Part shown: one piece after another, positions 1 to 12,698 of the stretch
Layout of the letters: the number at the start of each line of letters is the position of its first letter
How positions within the stretch are numbered: the first letter of the stretch is position 1
Source: Balanoglossus misakiensis
Taxonomy: Eukaryota > Animalia > Hemichordata
Length of the DNA: 64,000 bases
Assembly: GCA_040954595.2 (NCBI GenBank)
Contig: CM082586.2
Location: 7,533,337 to 7,597,336 of the forward strand
Direction: 5' to 3'
Notes under the pieces: model-generated
What the model saw: the letters and a program-made list of their open reading frames with translations, nothing else
The model's database searches: none
What the model was told of the DNA's origin: nothing
Translations under genes and position numbers: made by a program

Positions 1-3000
1 TTTCGATGCGGTTCAGATGAGTTTCGCGGATTTGTTGTTTGACGGCCTCCGCTTCTTGTTCAAGCGAAATCACTGTTGCCTGGAATCTCTGAAAACCAAA
101 ATAGTTCACCATCAACATTTCAGTTTCAAAAATAAACACGGGACTGTCATTGACATTTACGAGGACATAATTACATGAACACGCCCTGTGTTAGTATGAA
201 TATAGTTTTTCTTTACTAAAACACATTTCCAACTGTATAGACATGAATCCCCAGATGCAACATTAATCAACATGTAAATTGGATGACTTGACATCACATT
301 CAGAAAAGGGTATGTCACGGTTGCAGAACGTATACAAATGATATATTGTTGAATTTTGAAATGATAAATTGGTTCATTAAAATAAACAGTATGCAGTTTT
401 TTCTGAGTTTATTCATCTCATGTTTATATGATGGTCTGTTTGAAAGGAAAACTATGATACTGCCAAGTAAGGTACAACAGCGTTCGATGAATGTACAATG
501 TACATGCGCAACAAATTGTTTGCTATGATCCTACACTGTATAATAATTTCACCACTGTTTGGGCATTCCATACTTCGGTATAGTAAAGGAATTCAGTGCT
601 ACAAAAATTGAACAGTACTTTTGATTGCAGCCTCTATTTTATTATTTTATAGCAGTTTTCACTGATAAAAATGGCAAAATAAAACCCAGTGACAAACTAA
701 TATATGTACATATACTGCATCAATCCTGTCTTAGAGACTTCATGGCCAGCCACTCCTTAGCCTTGACCTTGACACCTTGCAATAAATCAATGTCAATAAC
801 CTAAGAATACCCAAAGAATTCCTCTACATGTGTTATCTAAAAACCAATTGTGAATGTCATGGAAATGTCAAAAGGGAGTGTCTAATTTAAGCCACGGCTT
901 GTAATAGAAATGTTAGTGATTTCTGATAAACTTGGGGTTCAAAGATTACTGTCAAACACTTTAAATTAGCTGCATGCTATTTAAGTGAATTTAGATTTTC
1001 AGTTCATTCAGCGGGTTAGTAATTTAGGTATACAGAAAGCTTAACCATGGTAAAATAGAGAAAAGTTTGAATTAGTGGCACCTTAAAGGGACAAAGTCTC
1101 TCTCTTGCTGTTCTTTTTCCATTAATTATGTTTGATACAAGACGCCATTTATGTTAATGTACACGTCATGTATATGTAGTTAACGAACGTTCAACCACAC
1201 ACACCTTACATCCCGCTTGTATTATACGAGAGTAAACACTCGCCCAAAATGAATAAAAGTCCCTTTAAATTAGCGAATTTATACACCTAGCTAAATTAAT
1301 TAAAATAACATGCTGGCTAAAAAGACATGTTTGACAGTACCTCCATCATTTCCTTCCTTTCCTTCTCAGCGGCCACCGGATCAGAGCCCTTCATGCTCTC
1401 GTAGTTCTCTTCCGCTTGTTCCCACAGCTTCATCACCCTGGCCATGCGTTCGCGATGGTGTTGCTCCAGGCGCTCGCGGGCCTCCTCGAACTCCAGGTGT
1501 TCCTTCTTGGGATCCTCGTCTTCCAGTTTGAAGTACGGGTCATCTTCGTCTTCTTCTATGTCGATTTCTTCAATGCTGATGGGTTCAACTTCGACACTTG
1601 GCTCTGTGAACGTCAACACAACATTCTCTTGGCTAAATAAATCTTATAATAAAATGATTTTGATCAAAACGAGTTGTCTGTTGAACTAATAATGATAAAT
1701 TAATCTGTTCTGGTCAAGGTAATTATGCAAATTGGCCTTTACATAACATCCGCACACTGATATAATAATCAGGCAATTCACATTATAAATTATACGCATT
1801 CTCAAGGAATGAATCAATATCTTTGGTGTGATTTGATGTGGGATTATTTCTTCCAAATTATTAGTATTGGTAGAAGTAATACTTCACTTATGAAATAAAA
1901 ATCAGTAATATTATTATTCAAATATTTATATTGTCCACAACAAGCGCAGCATATAGGAAGGTATACAATGCCTCAACAACAATAACCAAGAAATCATGTG
2001 ATACAAAATCTGCTGAAACCACGACATTGGCATAAAGCAACAGTCACTTACCCTGGACAACATCTTCTTGTGGTTTCTCCGGACAGCAGACGAACTCCAC
2101 ACCACTGAACTGATCCACTTTGCAGGGCAGCAACATTCCATACTTGTCCAGAACCATGACCCGCCCCTTGCAAGACTCCGCCGCTTGGCTCACCCACTGG
2201 TCATGTGACAGGCAGACGGATGCATCATGGATGTGGGAGAATTTGCAATCATTGGGTACCATCAATGCATCACTCTCAAACTCACCAACTGTACAAAAGG
2301 GGGCACAAAATGAGAATTTATCAGACAACCACAATAATATCACGTCATTGACACAAGAATAATCGAGTAGATACATTTCTCAAAGTAGACATTATCATAA
2401 TAGATGTAGTTTGAACTTTCTGAAGTAACACTACCACACTGTAAGTACTGCGGTAATTACTATGCACTGTTCTGCCTAAGTTCCCCAAATCACATCCGCA
2501 ATATCTACTGTTGGTAACACAATGACACTTACAAATGTTGGAATGTATCTGATATCACTAATTTCAACTGGCTGCCATTCCCGACCACCATTACCAGGAA
2601 ACTCAATATCTCATCAATTTTAATGCATTTCCGACATGCGTCTCACACACAACCATAAATGTAACAGTATAATGTAATAAGCATACATGATTGCACACAT
2701 CAGAAACCAAACTGAGAAAGTTGCCCGAGCAATCTTTCTAAGAAAATCATGTGGGAGGGAGGGAGGGGGAGGGGAGTTTGAGGTCAAACGCTATCAGCTG
2801 CCTTTAGTTGAGCACCTTTTAATTATCTACGGCTCCTAAAAAGCATCTTGAGCATTGTATGTGTACGGATTTAATTCACTAGGCGTGAAAGCCTGGTTGT
2901 TATTTAGTAAAAACTTACCAATACATCTGAATGGTACAACTTTATGTGTGTGTCTGCACTTGCCAACGCTGCCAATTCTACACCATTCATTAATTTTCTC

Positions 3001-6000
3001 CTCTTCATTCGATTCCACCACATTTGTGATTTCAAGGCTAGGGTACATCTGTCAACAAAACGCACGGTAATGAGACTGAAATTATTGCCACAAAAGATCA
3101 GTTAGGCAAATGTGCAGGCCCTTTTTGTACAAAGGTCAGCTGTTTCTACCTCACACGGGGGCTGACGTCATCTCCAAGTGGAAGAAATTATTTGGGTCAA
3201 GCATGTCTGCTAGATGGAAATAATCCAATTAATCAAGACTTGCCCCACAGAAAGCCAACTGATCTCAGATGCATTGTACACCACTTGTGGTAATTTCTAT
3301 AAAGTATCATGTCACTATATTCTAAGGATACTAGCATACGCACAACACACAGCTGTGATACAAGGTCCTTCATAGAAATTGTCATATTTGTTTGGCTGGT
3401 TGACATGCAAGAGACGAAACAGACATGTGTGTACTGTTGCAAAAATATAAATTCACAGATTAACCAGACACATGCACTTTTGAAATCAGTATTTCTAATC
3501 TACAGACACTGACATAAGAAGGTTTTTAAGGGGGCAACCCTGGATTGTATTCACATGGTTCAAACTCAAGAGGAGAAGAACTCTCACACTACCATACTTT
3601 ATGCGGGAAACGGAAGCCAAATAATGAAATCATATATAACTGAATTTGCAATCTCGAACATCAATGACTGATGATTCAGTCTGCCATAACTCTATATGAT
3701 TAAATATTTTCCATGGCAACAGAATTGATCAAAATCTACAAACAACTTCTCCGAAGGACAATTTCCTTCAAAAATCCCTATCGGTTCAGCAACATCCTTA
3801 TTTCCAAATGAGTGGCTTTTCGCACAAATACCAGCTGCCATGCAAAACACGCCATACGCTTTTCACTGCTGTGCGCTATTTATAGTTTCGATCACCTTTG
3901 ACCCTTTCAGAGCCATACTGTACTTTGAAACCACTTCTACTTGTTTCAAGGGTATGTAAAATATAAAGCCCTACAATGCACACAAAGATACTGGGTGTGG
4001 AAAACTCGACTATTTACAGGGGCCATAAAATTTCAGCTTTGTCAGGGTATATCGTATGTTTCTTGGTTAACACGTACCTTCCCACATATTCTACCTTTAT
4101 ACAGCCATATGGTAGACTAAATTAGCAAACAGCTATGGGGAAATTCATTAAAACACAAAGTAATGATTCATTTCACCCAAGGGTCTGTGTACATCCACAC
4201 AAGACGAGGGTCTGTGTATATCCATGCATACAGGACTTAATTCCAGTTTCAATTTGAATTTTAATGACCAGAAACTGATGTTTGACACATTGCTATAAAT
4301 AAAACATTTGGATGAATTAACATCAAAGCGGCGAGCGGGTCGACAATCGATGGCTAATCTACATACCTGTTTACAGTATTCTAGAATATCTGTGGGTTTA
4401 TCAAGACAGTCAGCTTGGGAATTTTCGTCAGGTACCCATTTTCCTGTCTGAAGGTCTATGTGCATATTGACTTCACCACAGTACATGGCTACTCTGGGTT
4501 CCGGCAGAGCTTCGGACAAATAAGCACCAGCAACAGCCTAGGGGAAAAAAACAAAACAAAAATCAATAGGAATTAATTGGAAATGCAACAATATTAATGA
4601 CAACTGTTTCCAAATAGGCAAAGATTTTGATAGTTGATCACCATCAAAAGCTGTATAATAGACACTGTACAGTTATACATAACTCACAAACATTGCGCTG
4701 TGTTCTTCCCAGAACAATTATAGCCGATACCCTTTAATTTGGGGAAAAAAAACAAAAACCCATTATCATAGGAATTAATTCGCTCTTGCTCATTCATGGT
4801 TAGACTGAACCTTTATTCAGGACTAACGAACGATGTGGGCCCTTTCTCTGTTAATTTACATGCAAATTAGGCATGACTCTCGACTAAATTCCAGGCCAGG
4901 ACAGAGGACCGGTGCAGCAACACCCCATGGGTAATGAATGTACAGTGCACAAGTTTCAGAGAGCAAATGTCTCCCGTAGCTACATGTATGCGCAAATCTC
5001 GTGTTTAACGCAAACCAGCGTCAAGTTTTTGAGGTGCTTCCCGGGAGAACATGATACATGTACATTCTAACACGACAGACACACGTACAATATAAATTAT
5101 AATATATGTAGCAATGTAGCAACGACATACATGTATCTGCAGTTATCGCTAATGGTTGCAGACAGTAAGAATTTCTACATCTATTTTCTATGATAAGTTC
5201 CATTACATGTATATTATACATACTGTATGTGATCGATGTTCTAGACCACAGAGTGAAGACGCCAGAATATGCAAATCATTTAGTCATTTATTATAATTTC
5301 ACTAAAACCACAGTAAAGGAATGATGGCAGTTTTCCTCACACACATACACAAATATTTTTGAATAATGAAATTTCTTCATATGACATATTTATGAAAATA
5401 ATTATGAAGTAACTTATTCCAATTATGTAGCTATTCTAATTTCTGAGAAAATTTCATTATCTCTGGCAGGGATGGAAACACAAATACCGTACAAAAATTA
5501 AAAAGCTAAAAATAAAAATAGCATAGCTGAAGCTCGACATATTCAGAATTGTGTAGTATATCATTTTATGGTGTAAAAATGATGGCCAGAAAGGATGGAG
5601 TCTCAGACCGCCTGAGACTACTTTCTCGTAAGTCTAGAATCTATCAATCATATTCAGTGTTCTCCCCAGACAAGACGACGAGCTTTAGTTAATCAAATGT
5701 ATGAAATCAGGACGTCTCACTTGCTATTTCATGCAAAACACTTAAACCTATTTCATCTTTGCAGCATGAAAACACGAGAGTGTAAGTATTTCTTCACAAG
5801 AATAATTAATTGTCTGGCTCAGCGAAAGCAACATTCATCATACCAGGTGCCTTAAATACATGTCTGGTAACTATTAGATAACACAAGGGAATAGATTTCT
5901 AGTTTCTAAAAATTATTTCAGATTGATATGAGCTGTTCATATTCTCTCCTGAACTCACGCAAAACATTCACTTTGTTGCTGTTAATTTGTGTTTATAATG

Positions 6001-9000
6001 ATTGGGGCTTTGCACAAATTACCACTTTGTAGGGAGGCAGTCTGTTTATCATATCGCAGAAATACTTTGACTCAGGCCACCGCAGTTTCAGTAGACAAAA
6101 TTCTTTGCCTGTACACTTCTGACTGTGAAAAAGGTCACTTCCAGGTACATGTAGTAGATGTACATATATCGGTTTACTGTAAATCTTGCGGACAGAAAAT
6201 TCACCACCAACATTTCTGATTATGTTACATTCCAAGGCAATCTCGCTGTACGAAAACCCGTCAACTCTATCACGATAATAGTGTTATGCTTAATACACTA
6301 GACATACACAGTTACATAAATTAGTCCAATATGTGAAATGTACATTGTACATTTCACACATACAACTCTCACCCCCTACCCAGCTAGTAATGTACAGAAT
6401 CTGAATTGCATTTCTCAAAAACAGCTACACGTAAATTACATGAGACATGTTCATGATTGTTTTGTGCAGGTCTTTTCATTCTAGATGCCGAGTACATGTA
6501 TTCTGCTCTAATTTTCACTCGCTGTGATTCATTGTAAGTTGTACTGCCACATAATATACTGAATGCAGAATCACTCATGAAAATAACATGTATGACACAG
6601 ACAGCATTTATTAGAAGTGATTATGAAAACAAAGGGATTTAGAAATAGCTGGAAATTTATTTTTAAACATGCTTTCAATGGAGCTGTTTGAACTCAAATG
6701 CACATCACCAGTACAATGAGAGAATTCAATTTTGCTGGGAACAGTACAGATGTTTTAATATCTAATATCTGTCCTATGCCATTAACTTCAACAAGGTTTG
6801 ACATCATTCTGCATTGAAGTTAATATAATGGGTCAACTATCAAGACATACATTGTACTAATAATGCACACACAATGTCAGCAGAAAATGAAACAACACTT
6901 GTGTCTATGGTAAAACAGGTACGGACCATAAATAAAGGAACCAGTGAGTTTGCAAACAGTTCGAGTAATTACCGGTTATGTCAGAAAACTTGATTTTACA
7001 CTGCAAAACAGTCATGTGGCCCCACTCCCATCGTCTGATCTGCATGGCTTGATAAGGTCAGGTCAAACCACTGAAAGGTTTCCCTAAACCAACCCACACA
7101 GACCCCCTCAGTTTTGTGTGTAGGCATTGTGTCAACTAATTGAGTAATTCCATCAACTGCTAAAATGCAATTTTTAAACAGTCACAGAATAGAGCTATCA
7201 GGAGTGATAACATTTTGACTCTCAAAAGACAACACTCCCATTAAAATAAACTTCACTGCTTTCCTTCGAGTACCCATAACACTTCCAATTCTTGCCTGTA
7301 AACAATGTCATCTCAGAAAGTGCATGGCACAATAAAGGAGATTTTACCAGTCATTTACAACAGTAGAATTGTTAAATTACTACATTTATCTTAAATGATT
7401 TATAATAGAGGGTCAATTGAATGTTGAAAAAATAATAATAAACCAAGCCACATAAAACCATCAGAATTGAAGACTTTTGTATGTCACATCACCACAGCAA
7501 ATTTTATGCCTAACAATTCTAGCTGCAGCTGTTTCTATGCCTCAATGCAAATGCATCAGTGGAATGTCACCCACATACACAACACTTTTACATATTAACA
7601 TTTCACGCTCAATCAGCCAGTCTGCTGTAAAATTTGAAAAAAAATTCTGCATAAATGTACATGGCCTTAGGGTGGAATACGTGAATAACCAACATATCAA
7701 CTTGTGTTCTGTTTGATAAAAAATATCAGGATTCCTTTCAAGAATAACTTTGAAAAGATGCCACGAAAGGATAGTTATGAAATGTGTCAGTTAAAAACCA
7801 TGACATACTGATAACAAGGTATTTTCAGTTCCAGTGAAATTGCGCGAGTCGTGGTACATTGTGCATGTCAGAAGTACCTCAATATTTCACAATATTGCCT
7901 CAGTATCTACATTCTGATTTATCGATGGTTTTATTCATCTAGTTTCGATATCACAACAGACGCTGAGCACTAACAATGGAACATTTTTAATAAGATGATC
8001 TGAAAGCATGTCAAACTCATACCAGCTCAGAGCATATAGACAGTATGCTCAGAGCTAGTTATGTTATTTTCAATATTCTACTCTAGCGAACAGGGTCAAT
8101 TTAACATGCAATGACAAGCAAATTTATTAATATTCTCCATACATAAGGCTAGGATTACACCCAGGTAAATTTTACTAGAAAATCTTTTGAAGTGGGATTT
8201 CCCTCGGAATAAAAACAGTCACATTGTCATGGTATTATGTGATTTAGAGTTCCCTAACCAACAACTGTAGTCATGTAGAAACTGTGCATTTGTCAGCTTC
8301 ACACTGGAAACAAGAAGTCTGATAAATCCGGTAATCAACATACTATTTGAAATGCGATACACTTCCAGTTGGCAACATACTGGTATTAATTGCGACGTGA
8401 TATACGGACAGACTTCTGGTCAACAGCGCAACTGCGACAGGCCATCCGGTCAACAACAACCATGTTCATACTGACCTTTCTATTGAAGTAAACACACCAC
8501 TGAATGATTTGCATACTATGCCAACATGCAAAGTGACAACAATGCATTGAAGTACTACAACAGAGCAACATCATGCGTGAAAATAAACAAAATAATGGAA
8601 ATATAAATAAACAAAATTATACCAGTTTGTGGAAAGATAAAATATTTTGAGATCTTCTGGTAAAGAATGGAATGTGTTCTATTGTCTAGGCTCTGTAGGA
8701 GCCAATTGTATACAATTGCCTGGTTGAACCATTAAAATTACCTGCTAAGAAATTTAGTCACTGTTTTCATTGATTACTGGTGTAAATAAGCTAGTATAAT
8801 TCCTAATTAATGCAAACAGAAGTGGCTAATGGGCCATCAATGCTTAGAAAGGTCAACAATGTAATTCAAGAAAAGAAATAACTGCCGTCTCCAGGAAAAC
8901 CACTGCTGAATGTTAATTTGTTTTTGTCTGGATGTCAATGTCTACAAATGAATATTTAACGACATTTGTTCCCTGATATTTGCATTTACATACTGGTACA

Positions 9001-10829
9001 TATTCTGAACCAGCTAAATACATAGAGATATTTAATATCAAATTCAGAAATTAACTGGAATGTTAATTTATCTAGCTGTTTCAAATGGAAGAATCAATAC
9101 TGACAGCGAGTTTCCTATTATGTCACACTCCCAGTATTTTGCATCAGGCATCTCAGACATACATCCCCACAGGTACTACACTATTCATCAAAGAGAAATT
9201 TCTCTGACACAACTCGCATAAATTTACTTGTTGGACTACAGTAAGCTTAACTTTTCTCAATTTGAAAACTGCAACTCTCTTTCTATTTAATTCTAATCAA
9301 TACAGTGAATCCAAAAATTTGAATCTAGAAATATTAAATGAACAAAACAATCCAACCACTGACTGATGCTGCGTTGGTAAGTTTTTCACTGACAAAATAA
9401 CAGAAACAGTGAAAGTCCATTCAGACACATTTTGATGACAATGCAAGTTTCACAGTGGTGATAAAATGACCGCCATTGTGACAATATTACACCCATGCAA
9501 TTTTTCATTGCTAAATTGTTGGTGTCCCTGAATATTTTTTAATAAGACAGCTAGATGGACCCAAGTATTATGTGTGGATTTGCCAAGGATCACTGTGACA
9601 CACACACATGTATCTTAAATTGCACGTGCTTCTGGGACAGTGATTGTCTGTCGAAGGTTTTAACTACCCTGTGAACCTCATCGCCCAGAAGGAATTGAAC
9701 CAGCCACTGTTCAAAGGAAATATAAATAATTTGATGAAAACAGACAGGAAGACAGCCCGATCAACAATCTGGTGACCACAAATTCCTGGAGAAACTACAA
9801 TAGATATATTGTATTTGTTAAGGTAAGTCACTTTTTGTATTACTTCCTGTGTACCTTGGGGCACTCTTGGAATTCGGACACAGGTAATTATAAATTCAAG
9901 ACGGATTGTACAGAATCAATTTCTCTGACCCCCACAGTTTTGCAACGAATAAAGATTCAAGACAGTATCCGCAGCAATCTAAGAAGTTTCTAGCATTAGT
10001 ACACCGATATTTACTTTTCTCTGTTACCATCACGCAGTGCAGTGTGTGCATTTGTGGGCCTCCATAATGTCCTGGGTTGATTTCAACACCTTCTGTTTTC
10101 TTCAACGGCACGATTTCATCATCGCAAAGGAAAACTTAACAATGTTCTCGGTACAGCGTTATCAATGTCATGTACAGTTCATTACCAAATGGTCACAATG
10201 ACATAATAGTGGCGATATTTGTTGAATGTGCGTGAAGTTTTCATCCGTGTCTGATTGCCGCAGACGGCCGCCATGTTGGATTGAGGTTGGACGGCCCCTT
10301 TCGCCAAGGACACGACGATTTCAAGACTGTCTTTAAATCATACTAATTCATTACTAAACCCTACATAACCTCGATTATGGTTCGGAAACAATAAGTCGAT
10401 GGCCGATTCAACGATACATAAAACTGTAAATAGACACAGTCAAGGAAAAACTCATCGTCGATTAGGCAGGTGTGTGCTTGGTTTTCCCCCCTTTCTTTCT
10501 TCGAAATGAGGCAAATTATTAGCGACTCTACCAGAAGATGGGAACTCTTTTTGGTGATCAAAGAATGGAAATTGAACCCCAGTACGTTCGTGTCCATAAT
10601 AAAGACACTAACAGGTTATGAAGTCAACAAATTAGCGATGATTGGCACGTGATTTTAGAACAAGAGACGGGACATCGGCTCGCCTGAGCCTTCACCGCTT
10701 CACAATCTGTACATTGTTATGAAAACGACCATTTGCGGAAAAATGCGAAATTACCTCAACGTAGCTGGCCAAACCTCCTGAGTAAACGAAAAGTATCGTC
10801 ACAAACACTAAGTAGACCTTTACAGCCAT
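1..10829 (-). CDS. APP: Amyloid precursor protein family gene (APP/APLP-like), 5' part; continues beyond the left edge
   Basis: Phase-consistent GT-AG exons (minus): 10829-10755 (signal peptide MAVKVYLVFVTILFVYSGGLASYVE); 4537-4367 (EPRVAMYCGEVNMHIDLQTGKWVPD...ILEYCKQ, growth-factor-like domain); 3048-2919 (MYPSLEITNVVESN...WC...C...VVPFRCI); 2288-2052 (VGEFESDALMVPNDCKFSH...YGMLLPCKVDQFSGVEFVCCP, copper-binding domain); 1603-1341 (acidic stretch, then EHLEFEEARERLEQHHRERMARVMKLWEQAE, start of E2); 88-<1 (RFQATVISLEQEAEAVKQQIRETHLNRIE). Motifs match APP E1 and E2 domains as recalled. Confidence 0.96.
1083..1268. mobile_element. Small non-autonomous DNA transposon (Kolobok-like: TTAA flanks, AGGGAC/GTCCCT termini) in an APP intron
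   Basis: ttaa-agggac (1083-1092) ... gtccct-ttaa (1259-1268). The superfamily is inferred from the termini only. Confidence 0.55.
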
Positions 10830-10949
10830 ACTGTTGGTGTTTTTTGTGATCTTGACGGAACGCGATCGGCCTCTTCTAAAAACGGCGTCGGAGCTCTTCT
10901 TTGCTACAGTCACTTGTCACAGTGTCACGTAAAATGGAGAAAAGCTTCA

Positions 10950-11000
10950 TTTGATATGCAAATGACGTCATCGCTATACCATACGCCTTTTCTGATTGGA
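10950..11000 (-). promoter_or_regulatory. Putative APP proximal promoter: overlapping octamer and CRE, plus a CCAAT box
   Basis: ATGCAAAT (10956-10963) overlaps the palindromic TGACGTCA (10963-10970). ATTGG at 10995-10999 reads CCAAT on the minus strand. These lie ~130-170 bp upstream of the ATG in a CpG-enriched zone. Confidence 0.6.
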
Positions 11001-11604
11001 CGTTATGAGTCGGCAAGTAGTTGAAGTTGAACTACTATTTTGGTTTTCCCTTGATATACATGTAACAAAAAATTGTGGAATGCAATACTTTCTTGTGAAT
11101 GACACGGTCGAATCTAAAAATAACTATTATTGCGCTTTTAAAATATGAAACACGCGTTAAATATGTACAGATAAAGCGACCAATCAAAGTGAACCTTTCA
11201 TAGTGGAAAATTTAGCTGGGTGTTGTTCCTGAAATTTGCATAGACATTGGTGGTATGTTGATTCGTTCCTCCAGTTCAACAGCGCAAAAGATTCCCGTGA
11301 TTCAACAGGGAACTAACTGAGTAATTTTGGAAATAGTGTTAGGCAATCATGATTCACGATGACTAATACTCGGAAAGTAATTTCCTATATAAAATGGTTT
11401 CCTTATTAGCGTGATTTGTTGTTGCTATTGTTGCCATTCGGGTATTCACCTAAATATTTACACTTTTTATAGTATGTGGTATATATAGTATTGCCAAAAG
11501 TCGTCAGAAACATGGTATTTTTCCAATAAAAAATATTATTTATGCTTTACTCTATCTGTCTTGCAATGTAATAAACATGATGCACACGCACGTACTACCT
11601 ACCT

Positions 11605-11920
11605 ACAAACAAACAAACAAGCAAGCGTGCGTGCGTGCGTCCGTACGTACGTACGTACATACATACATATGTACGTACGTACATACGTACATACATACAT
11701 ACATACATACATACATACATACATACATACATACATACATACATACATACATACATACATACATACATACATACATACATACATACATACATACATACAT
11801 ACATACATACATACATACATACATACATACATACACACACACACATACATACATACATACATACACACATACACACACACACATACATACATACATACAT
11901 ACATACATACATACATACAT

Positions 11921-11987
<67 letters not shown>
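11605..11987. repeat. Compound tetranucleotide microsatellite (ACAA)n-(GCGT)n-(GTAC)n-(ATAC)n-(AGAC)n
   Basis: Directly visible. It explains the stop-free HTYI/MYVC/QTDR ORFs at 11561-12073. Confidence 0.98.
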
Positions 11988-12698
11988 TAATTCATGAGAA
12001 CATACTTGCTTACTCAACCGATTTATTTGCCATGGATATAAAGTATACAACTTACATTGTTATGCCAGCTTGATCAATTGATTATATAATGAAAACTCAA
12101 TCAGTTATATGAATGTTTGCTCATTACTCCCGCGATGTCATTCAAAGTTATGGGTATTTCACGTTTATACACAAGTTGCGCACACTTATACTAAGCAAAG
12201 CAGTACAGAGGTTTTTATGAAAGTTGAACCATTGTTACAAAACTGGTCTTGTCTCATGCATTGACAAACTTGGACAGGCCTACGATTCATTTTGTCCGCA
12301 AAAAAGTGGTGAGCAATATATTTTAGTTGAAACCTGGTTGAACTTGAAACCAATCACTCTTGCCACCCGACCTTCACATTGTTGGTCCTTTGGTTCTACT
12401 TTGAGTCGTTTCTTTAGCGCGCGTATCATAACACTCAAATTAGGGTCCATCATCAGAAAACCGACGTCATATTTGTAGGTAATGGAAGGCCAGTTCTCCG
12501 GGACAGCCCGTATCTGGATTACGTAGCGGACAATTGCACTCAAGGCCAATCAGTGGTCTTGAGACCGACGACATTGACAACCGCTAAGTTCAAGGTGTTT
12601 CAATCGGTAATTTTGGTCATGACAGCCACAAGATGCTGAAGAACTTTGTTGATCCAGTTTTGGTCTTAGCCAGAACTCGAAAGCAACCGTATATCGGA

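Noticed and set aside
1604-1635. Alternative APP acceptor at ~1633
   Set aside because: In the required phase it introduces a TGA stop; the acceptor at 1604/1603 keeps the frame.
11561-12073. Six overlapping 120-170 aa ORFs (HTYI/MYVC/QTDR repeats)
   Set aside because: Artefacts of a stop-free tetranucleotide microsatellite.
12280-12549. 89-aa minus-strand ORF downstream of the SH2 gene stop (possible extra domain or readthrough)
   Set aside because: It starts at a non-ATG codon, has no RING-like Cys/His pattern, and is separated from the stop at 12699 by a further in-frame stop. Treated as 3' UTR.
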